Source of the DNA: Bispira polyomma
Lineage: Eukaryota
Reading direction: 5' to 3'
NCBI GenBank assembly: GCA_965649765.1
Contig: OZ287759.1
Location: 35,588,001-35,652,000, forward strand
Length of the DNA: 64,000 bases
A program made the translations under genes and the position numbers. The notes under the pieces are model-generated. The model had not been told where the DNA came from and ran no database searches. It saw only the letters and a program-made list of their open reading frames with translations. Below are positions 51,211 through 62,000 of the stretch, piece by piece. How positions within the stretch are numbered: the stretch's first letter is position 1; every line of letters starts with the position of its first letter.

Positions 51211-52597
51211 AAGTGTTTACTAACCATCCATTAAAACTTTACAAGGTCTCGTCATCTGGTCACTAGGAAATGTTCCATTGCTCTGGGTAAAATTACACAA
51301 GGTAACTCTGAAATGTGTTATCACAAAGTAAATAAATAAGTGTAAAATAGACTTGACATATTCACTATGATTGGAGGGGCCATAGTGGTCTTACTTAATG
51401 TTTTTACTTCTATAGCGCCACAATCGATGACCAGGCATCCTCTGTGGCCCACATTCCAATCCGTATGAAAAAGAAGAGTCTGATAGGAGCAAAGGTTCAT
51501 GATCAGAGTTCCGTCCTGACCAGCAGACGAATGTTAAGGTGGAAAATTGAGTTGATACAGATATGTTTTGAGTTTTTTTTCTTCTAAAGTCTGTAATCCT
51601 TCTTTCAGTGTGAAAACTAGTAGGGAAATTATTTATACAGTTTTTGGGTAAGAATCCAGAGGTAAAGAGTTGATTTTCTCTGGAAGGACAGCTGAGAGAC
51701 AGTAGAATTCGAAGTCACATAGGAGACAGGTTGCTGTACATTGGCAGTCTTAACAATGAGGACAATTACCTTGAATTTATTACAGACCTCAATAGGCAGC
51801 CTGTTTGATGTTTTAAGTAGGTGCCATCTGTGAGCGGGGACCAGCATAGCACACAATTCTGCACTAGGTGTTAATATAAGGCACTAAAAGTTTAACAAGG
51901 GATGGTCACATGTTGAAAGTCCCAATATCGACCTAAAGCAGGAGTTTCTAAAATTTCTGTAAGCACTATCAATTTGAAGTTTAAAATTTCGTTGGGGTTT
52001 TATGATGGTTTCAACAGCTTTGGTCATATGACAATGGCCAGATTGAATGGTGGGAGAAACAAGTGCTGAAGCCACTGTAAACGAAACGTGGGGTATGCAC
52101 CTGGCTGACTTCCCCACATTGAAGGAACAAACAAAATTTAAAACTAACATTGGGTAGAGGTCAGTGATTGTGAAACAGACAACTTTCATCGGTGATATAA
52201 TAGGAAGTTATTGAAAGTAATGTCAAACCAAAAATAAACTAAATGAAATAAAGATTGCCTATTTCTTTATATGTCTTTAATGGTGCCCAATTCTAAATAT
52301 TGCATTTTGATATAATAGGAAGATATTGCAAGTTACGTTAAACCAAAGGGTAAACAAACCAAACCATATGAGGAGATTGTCTAATGTTTTTTGATGTCTT
52401 TAATGGTGCACAATTCTGATTAATGACAAAATATTGTATTGGTGATATATCAGAATTTTCTACTGAATAGAAATTGGTAGATACTTTTATGTGTTTACAC
52501 CCTATGAATATAAAATGTATGTTGTACAAATATATGCAGAGTCTGGTTTATGTTCCTGTACAAAAAAGTGCATATTAGAATCATAATTGTTTTCCAG

Positions 52598-52671
52598 GTG
52601 ACACAGAAATCACTTAGACAAAATCTAGGAATGATTCCCCAACATACAGGACTGTTCAATGAAGATATAAG
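52598..52671 (+). pseudogene. orphan ABCB6-like Q-loop exon
   Basis: TTTTCCAG|...|GTACAG, 74 nt, the same length and phases as exon 42514-42587. Encodes VTQKSLRQNLGMIPQHTGLFNEDIR versus [25 protein letters not shown]. Confidence 0.8.
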
Positions 52672-52873
52672 GTACAGATTGTTTGATTTAACATTTTCTC
52701 GAAGGAGCTTGTCACCACCAATTTTAAAACAACCACTACCACATTACAGCACCAAGGTCAATGGACTCGGTTAATGCAGCCCAAAATAAGACTTTACTTA
52801 AGGTGGCTTACACCAAGCTATGCTCACACCCGTGCATTTGCTGTGAGAAAGTTGTGAGAAGCCGATCGCTATA

Positions 52874-53128
52874 TTTCAATTTGAATTGGGATATTTAACG
52901 TCCACTATAGTACCTGTTTAGGTTATATTGGGACGGATAGTTGGAAATGCTGGAGGAAACACTGCATACAGTTGATCAAGGTTCTACACTGAAACCAGCA
53001 GACCACAGTAAGGAACTACCACCTTTCCCATATAGGCATCGACGGGAGTCGAACTCACGCCGCCCACAGGTAAGAGACCAGTGATTTTGAAGTGCAATGC
53101 TTGCTAACCACTAGGCCACTGCAGCCCC
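52874..53128 (-). mobile_element. tRNA-derived SINE, young family A (copy 5)
   Basis: Target-site duplication CCGATCGCTATA at 52862-52873 and 53130-53141. Confidence 0.9.
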
Positions 53129-53669
53129 TCCGATCGCTATAATTGCCCCACGAATGAGTTAATAAGGTCTTGCATACACATAAAACACAAGCGAAAAAGC
53201 AAAGTGCGGAATTTACCATCTTTGCAGTAAATATGCAGAGGTGGACGTTCGCGCCTAATTAATCCCACCCCACAAAAGCTATAAAGATAGATAAGGGTGC
53301 ATTCTCAAGGCTAGTTAGTTTGGTGTAATTGTAGCACATACTTGCTGTCGTTTCATTAATCGCATAAATAATGACTTCTTATCTATTATTCTTCATTCTT
53401 ATCTTCTATTCATTATTCATGTTAAGAGCACATGGAGAACCCTAAAAAACATGCCTGTTCTGTGCCGACTATTGCAAATAGTGAAGAATGAATGGTTCGC
53501 ACAGGAATCACTAGTTTAGGTTGTGAAAGTGTGACTCGGCCAATATAACATAAGACTGAGTTATACATTAAAGATAAAGTATTCCTTTCTCCATTATATA
53601 CAAAAATACTAATAATTTATAATTTCAATATGGTTAGAGCTCTTTCTGCCTGGCCTCCTAAAATACCAT

Positions 53670-54322
53670 GGGCCGTATTCACGGGTCACACTTACACGTT
53701 CTAACGTCCCCCAATGTACCAAAGCAATATACACTGAAAATGTGGTAGTATTGCATCAAGGTGACGTCATTTCCATAAAGGGTTGGTCGATTGTGACGTT
53801 TTGTGACGTTTCGTGACGATGTTGGTACTTGTACACACGAAGAGGGGGCAAAAAAAGCCACTTTCACTGGTAGGATATCACTAGCTACTACTACGTGGAG
53901 CTACTGTACTGTTACTTACTGGTGCCTTCTGCTTCGTTCTGCTACCTAGCAAAATGAATACAACGAGTGAAGACAATATCACTACTTACTGGGACTTCCT
54001 CGCTACCTACTACTAAGTAGAGCTACTTACTGATACGTCAATGCTACTTTCGGAAACGTTTGGAACGAACAGTTAACGGGGGAAAACGGAAGCTGTGACT
54101 GTAGTGTTTCAAACAGTTTGAAGCAGTACACGAAAAAGACGAAACGGAGACGTTTCCGGAACGATATTATCCGTCTTAAAACGTAAAGAAACGATCTATA
54201 TTTAAGCCTAAGACTTGGTGAAGTCCCTTCGTGAATACGGGCCCTGGACATTTAATATCTAGCACAATATTATACTGATTTAAGCCTAAGACCTGGCTAA
54301 GTCCTTTCGTGAATACGGGCCC
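53670..54322. mobile_element. MITE / non-autonomous DNA transposon, CpG-rich
   Basis: Left end GGGCCGTATTCACG; right end CGTGAATACGGGCCC present twice (~54230 and ~54308); internal CTACT-rich tract. Confidence 0.65.
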
Positions 54323-56076
54323 ATGCATACAAAAGCAAATCTCAAATGACACATCCATGAATAAATAAAGACAATTGACTATATATTAATATTATATATA
54401 TTTCTTTATTTTATCACAACACATAAAACCACACACATAGCTTGTATAGAATGTACTATTATAGTCCCTTTCTATGAAGATGATTTGATCTTGTTACTTT
54501 CTTGGCCTAATAGATAGATTCTATATGTTCTGTCTGTCCTCTATTCAATGCTTAGTGATGATCGAATCAATTATGAACAATGACATTAGGGGACCTATGT
54601 GTACGTTCTTAAGTATCGGTGACAGCGTGTCTGTCTGAATATTGAGTATATATACCCTGTATATTTAATGGCTCTTCTATAGAATGTGTACTTAACGACA
54701 CGCGTTTACCACGTGTGTGTATTGTTGTTATTTTTATTATTAATATTATAAGGGACGGGGATCTGCGCCAAAGAAATTAAAGCATAAAGTCAGGCCTAAC
54801 TCAAATAAAGAGTGTAACTCTAGTAATATATGGAAAAATAACCTGTACTTGTAACCATTCATTTTAATAGAGCTTTCAGCGCTGAATTCAAATATGCAGT
54901 CAGTTTTTTAAATATCTTCACTTCAGGCAGAGATATACGGGGGAGGGGGGGGGGGGGGGGGTAGGCTTCATATTGGTTAGTTTTGAATCTGAGTTGGGCT
55001 TAAGGATCTTTCGAGAAATGTGAGAAATAAGGTGACTGCGTGGCCGTTTAGTGTATATAAATAAAGCATGGGTGTGTTTCCCAATTAGTAGTATAATAGA
55101 TATTTGTGTGTACACCACCCTGATATCTATATGTATAGAGTCATAACATGACACACACACACACTGTAGTATTTTTGGATGTTTTAATGCCTTCTGTGTT
55201 GGGGGAATGTTGTTTACATTGTCAATGGGATATATATACTGCTGGATACTTATTAAATAAATATATCGATGCATGCACTTATGAAATGGAAGAGATATAT
55301 TTATATCTACATAATTTTGGGCAACCTTAGGATTTCTAGGAATAACGAAAAATCAGCTTATAAAGCCTATATTCTTACCGGTGACAGTAAATGTCACCAA
55401 TTGTTACAAGTGGTACAGAACGTTTATATTCTTTTTTTTATCAGGCGAAGCCTGGCGTTGTTTGCATTCTGAAAAGGGCTCCGACATCTTAGAAATAATA
55501 TGCAAGGCCTTCATTTATGGTGGGCAGAAATAAACTCGTACAAACTGATGTGTGTATTATTATTATCAGACACAGTCTGAGGGGTGCAAGATTTGTCTGA
55601 AGTAGTATATTGGCCATATTAACGGAAGTGTATTTCACACTGTGTGTGCCTGTGCGTCTTTTTTTTTAAAGACAACTCTTGTCTCAGTGATGCGTGTGTT
55701 TTCTAATATGTATAAGAAAGGTATGTTGACACATATAAAAATATCAAGATATAGTGTGACTGAGTAATGATTTATATATGTAGATAGAAAAAAAATCAAT
55801 TGCCAAAACAAAGAAATCTTATGCTTACTTTTTTTGATGACCAGATATGAACAGAAAACACCACTGGAACAGAAAATGTTTTGAGTTTCCATGGTTATAT
55901 TTATAAGCATAATACAATGTTTCAAGGGATAGACACATTCTTTGTAGTTTTATTGATAAAGATGTTGACGTTGACGTAATACATTATCACATTGGTGCAT
56001 ACCTGATACTTGCTGTTCCTCAAATTGAATGTGATCATTTGAAGAAGCCAGATACTGGATACATTATAAAGAAGTA

Positions 56077-59000
56077 ATGGCAAAGAGGAGTGTAAAGAAG
56101 GAGTCAGGCTCAGAGGTATGCATCTCATTAGACCGAATAATCTGTCCCTATTTAGTGAGATTCCTTGCTGTTATTTTGACGACAGACTCACAAAAAGGGA
56201 CAGAACGGACTCCATAACCAAAACGTTGTGATAAGAAAGCAGATGCTTAGAACCACTAGGTGTCACTGTAGCCCCCTTCGAAAAAAAAAAACCAGTTCCA
56301 CTAAAAGGTTCTTATAAATTTTTGAAAAATAATAATGTTAGTGGATGTTTCCATGTAGGCAATTTTTGGTGGCGATCAGTCAATGACAATTTGATGGGTT
56401 TCAGTTATTTGTTATGTCCACCCGAGTGGGGGGTGGACATATTATTTTTGCTTTTTCCGACGTCCAGCGTCAGGCATCCGCCGTCCGTCACGTTTGGTTT
56501 CCGGTCATTTCAAGGAAAAGTATTTATCCTATGTTTACCAAATTTGGTATGGGTGTTTATTGGGTTAATAGCTTGCATGGGATTGCTTTTGGTGAAGATA
56601 GCTCCATAGCTAACTGAGTAATAGTTACTTACTTACTTTTATGTACTTCTTTTGTTTCCGGGCATTTTAAGGAAAATATTTGACATATCTTTACCAAATT
56701 TGGTATGACCAATAGTTAGGTCAATAGCTTGCTTGGGATTGCTTTTAATGATAATAGCTATATAACTGAGTCAGCAATAGCTACTTAGCTACTTTTAGTA
56801 GTAATAGCTACATAGCAAAAAACATAAATATGTCTATCTCCTAAACCGTGCGAGATAGAGCGATTTCGTCGAAATTTTCGACCCTCAGGGTATCTAAGCA
56901 ATGTACTCTTGGCAATTTTGAAAAAAAATTTTACTCTCCCCAAAAATGGCGGCCATTTTGAATTTTCAAATTTTTGCCAAAAATGGAAAAACATAAATTT
57001 GCTTCTATCTCCTTAACCGTGCGAGATAGAGCGATTTAGTCGAAATTTTCGACCCACAGGGTATCTAATAAAAGTACTCTTGGCAATTTTCAAAAAGTTT
57101 TCCTCTCCCCAAAAATGGCGGCCATTTTGATTTTTTCGAATTTTTGCCAAAAATGGAAAAACACAAATTTGCTTCTATCTCCTTAACCTTGCGAGATAGA
57201 GCGATTTTGTCGAAATTTTCGACCCGTAGGGTATCTAAAAAATGTACTATAGGCAATTTTCAAAATGTTTTCTTCTCCCCAAAAATGGCGGCCATTTTGA
57301 CTTTTTCGAATTTTTGCCAAAAATGGAAAAACACAAATTTGCTTCTATCTCCTTAACCGTGCCAGATAGAGTGATTTTGTCGAAAATTTCGACCCACAAG
57401 GTATCTAAGAAATGTACTATAGGCAATTTTCAAAAAATTTTCCTCTCCCCAAAAATGGCGGCCATTTTGAATTTTCAAAATTTTGCCAAAACTGGAAAAA
57501 CACAAATTTGCTTCTATCTCCTTAACCGTGCGAGATAGAGCAATTTGTTATTACTCTCACACACTGCCCATCAATTGATTTCTTCTGAGCTTTCAAAGAA
57601 TTCACGCACAGATTATACAACGAACAATAGCTTTTTCTTGATCTCGCCTGAGTAGACACACCACATACACCCTTCCTTTGGTGTAAATAAAAAATTAGTA
57701 AACTTGTACACCCTTCTTTTGATACAAATAAAATAACATGAAATTTATGCACTATAGCTTTGATTTAAATAAATAAACTTATGAAACTTATATATAAACC
57801 TGAAAAAAAATGGATCTTAATCAATTGTAAATGTAGTTTATCATTACCTTACATTAGATTTTTATAAATAATAGTTAAATTATCTGTTGTGAAGAAATTT
57901 TGCAAAATTGATGGCCAATTTTCCCACCCATCACTTTAGCTGATGGCCAATTTTCCTGATGGGATTTTTTGCTGATGGGATTCACTTGAACATTTTTCCT
58001 GATGGGCTTTTTTCAGGAATCTGTTACATGGTGTACACTACTAGGCAGTGCTTGTGTAAATGTGTTATGTACCATTTAGTTAGACAGCATTTTGTCCCCC
58101 TTGCAATTTTGACTGCCGTTTTATCCCCTCGGTATTTTGTCCAACGACATTTTGTATGTGCAGTTGAAATAATTTACATGTATACTAATAAATTTTGGAG
58201 CATCGTTGATATATTTTACAAACAAAACATTCCTGTAAGACTACTGTGCAATTGTTTCAAAAGGTTCATGGGGTGGACATTACACATGCTAATGTGTGTT
58301 CTTCTATGCTATCCTGTTTCTTTTCATATGTTGCAGCTACTCTTAACAGGGCGTCCTATTTCTAGTTAGTATCTTTTTTCCATGTGAGTAATATAGGCGG
58401 TTGGCAATGCGAAGCAATTTCTTTTCGCTTGTGGTAGGGATAAAAATCACCTAGCATTGCATGTCGCCGTGTAAACATTGATGATTGCCATCCCCATTGC
58501 CGACATGGAAATGTACACTTACTCCTCATCAAATGAAACATGCATATTATTAAGATATGTATGTGTAGCTTCAAGCAGCTTATGATTTCACCCATATCTG
58601 TTGATTTGTTTGTCTATTACCACAATTAGCCCTAAAATCTACTTGAACTGATGTCATAAAATTTGGTGCAAGGATGAGGCAAGGAAAAAACCAGTAAATT
58701 TAGAGCGAATCCAGATAAATGGGCAGAATCAGGAAATGTTCTTTTAACTTTTATAAAATGTGGAGCCTTGGTGGAGGTATGCACTCTACTAAATGCTCCC
58801 TTCTAGTTCTATCTGTAAATACATAGTAAAAAAGTTTAGTCCATTTTAATTACTCACATTTTTCTAAAATCTCTCAATTCAAAATTCTCCTGCTACATTT
58901 CCCAGGACTGCAAAGGTGGGAAGAGGATTTGTTTACCACTGAGGTCTCTCTGCAAATTAACTAATGGTCTGTTCACATATCGGCGGTATAGTTAAAAGGT

Positions 59001-62000
59001 ACTGTAACTTTTGTTTTTGTGCCTATGAAATCAGCTGTTCCATTTTGGGAATTATACCCCTTGTAACTTGCCCAGATAAGTTTCACAGACATAAACAGAC
59101 AATTACTAGCACGGAAGTAGTATTGATGTGATACGGAAATACCCGGAAATTGTTCGGAAACAGACGAAAGGATTATTCCACGTTGGTGAGGCGACTGCAG
59201 AAGGTTTGGGATAGAAGCTATACTGAATCTTTGCTGATGGGAAGTTATAGATAGGGTTTCCAGAGCTACAAGGCTATATATATATAACTACTCTAACCAT
59301 CTCTCGATGCCGTCATAGTGTAAACCTGACATAAAGTTGTCTTAATGTTTTTTAGGGGCATCAGTGGTGCAGTACTAACACATTCTCCCCCACACCTATT
59401 GTCTCGGTTTATATCTCAGCTGGGGCTTCAACTCGGAAAGTTGGCAGCTCTTTGCCAATGGTTGCTGATTTAAAAGTGTAGAATCTTGACCAATTAACGG
59501 TAATATACACAGGTTTTCCTCTAGAATTAAAACCTTCTGCTATTATATGACCTATACAATGTGTTGAAAGGCACGTTAAACTTAAATCAAATCAAGGTTT
59601 TCCAGTATGGTTTTCATAACCTTTTTAACTCTCTTCATACCATCATAGTGTGAACCTGACATTAGTTCCCAAGGGTTTTTCCAGTATGATAATAATACAC
59701 ATTGTCAACCTCCCTATACTTACTGATATGATCTCTCCAGACCCTGCTTGATAAGAATAACAAGAAGAGTGGTCCAGATAAGAAGAAGAAGCAGTTCTCA
59801 TGGACTGGGTTCTGCAGTAACTTCCGTGCCATCTGGTGCTGTCTCTGGCCAAAAGGGAAGCCGTTGCTACAGCTACGCTTCTTTATCTCCCTACTTCTGA
59901 TCGTTGCCAACAGATGTCTCAATGTGTTCTTACCAATACTATACAAGGAAATAGGTGAGTTAGGTGTAAACAGTTGAATGTGTAAGTTCAGCATAGCCTG
60001 TATTATCCAAAATTATAGCCTCCTCCAAAACATTTGATTTTATCAGCACACTTTCACTCTCCCAAATATACATTTTTCTGGGGGTTTTGAAAAGACCTAA
60101 ATTGCCTTGTCTATTAATTTGATAATTCTTTTATTATCCAAACAAAAATCATGCTCTCCTAATATGTTCAGATAATAGAGGTTCTACTTTATTAACAAGT
60201 GCTACATATAAAGGTCACTATAGACAAGTGGTCACTTAATAGAGTCTTAAATGCAGTCAAGATGGCCTAAATAACTGGAATTGTTGTTGTAAATGTTGTT
60301 TGTACATAGTAATAATTTTCAACCTGATGTGTGTACATGTATTGTATTTCTTGTAATTATAATGTATATCATGTCACTTTGTCATCATGTATCTCCTGAT
60401 CGTGTACTTATTTTTTATTATTATTATTACATGACACTTTGGTGGCCATAAATTGGAGAAGGTTTAATACCTCGCATTGAGAAAGAGGTCTCAATATGTT
60501 CTTACCAATTCTTTACAAGGCAATAGGTGAAGCTAAGTAAACACTACATAAACTTGTATGTGGCCATGATTCTTAGAATTTTTTTAGTTTCAGCCAATCA
60601 TACCATTTAAAACAATCTTTTTAGCCAATCAAATTGGTGGAGACAAATAAAAATTAACGATTAGAATCTTTGTGAATACCAGCTCGAACGTCTTGGCTTA
60701 GCCCTTTAATTCTTTTGATAATACCACCCCTTAATAATTCTTAAAGTTTTGTCTCCACTATTTCGATTGCCCACAAATATTGTTTTAAAAAATCTAATTG
60801 GCTAAGACTAAGAAAATTCGTAGAATAGCATTCTGTTTGAGTTATAATACGGCTCCTGGTATGCCACGTGTATGTTGTACTGGTATGTTCAAGCTGTGTG
60901 TACATCTGAACAATACTTCAGTTGCCTTGGTGGCCTAGTGGTTAGAGTGTCGGACTTTGGATCTGAGTGATCTGAGAGCCAGGGTTCGATCCTTGCTGCA
61001 GGCCTGGAGATTTTACCCTTGAACAAGGTACTTTACACAAAGTTGTCTCTCTCTCTACCTAAGTGTATAAATGGGTACCTTACTGCTAATGGATATTAGT
61101 CTTTTTCCGCCATTTGTGGCAGTGCGGCTAGTATGCTTCCTGAGGGAGCTGAGACTAAACAATTGGTTGACAAGTGAAAGAACCCAGGCTCAATAGAGGT
61201 GATATCAGACTATTATAAACCTACACACACATTTACATTTTACTTGTATGCACACTGAACAATCTCCATATGTGTACACTGTAGTTGACTGCCTCACACC
61301 ACACAACCTCACACGGCCTGGCTCAGGTACTACCGATGATGTCATCACACCACAACACCCAGCTGATGTCACCACACAAATCAGTAGCAATCTGAGTGAC
61401 CTTGACCAGGGTGGTGGTAGTGGTGGTGGTAGTACTACAGAGACAGGAGTGGAGTTCTGCTGGCAATATATACTGCTCATGATACTGTGTAAATTACTGA
61501 ATGGTATGTACATTTGACATGATCTGTACATATAGATATAACATAGACATAACATAGATATAACATAGATATAACATAGACGTAGCATAGATATAACATA
61601 GATATAACATAGACGTAACATAGACATAACATAGATATAACATAGACATAACATAGATATAACATAGATATAACATAGACGTAACATAGACATAACATAG
61701 ACATAACATAGATATAACATAGACATAACATAGATATAACATAGATATAACATAGACGTAACATAGATATAACATAGATATAACATAGACGTAACATAGA
61801 TATAACATAGATATAACATAGACATAACATAGACATAACATAGATATAACATAGACATAACATAGACATAACATAGACATAACATAGATATAACATAGAT
61901 ATAACATAGACATACCATAGATATAACATAGACGTAACATAGACATAACATAGATATAACATAGACATAACATAGATATAACATATACGTAACATAGACA

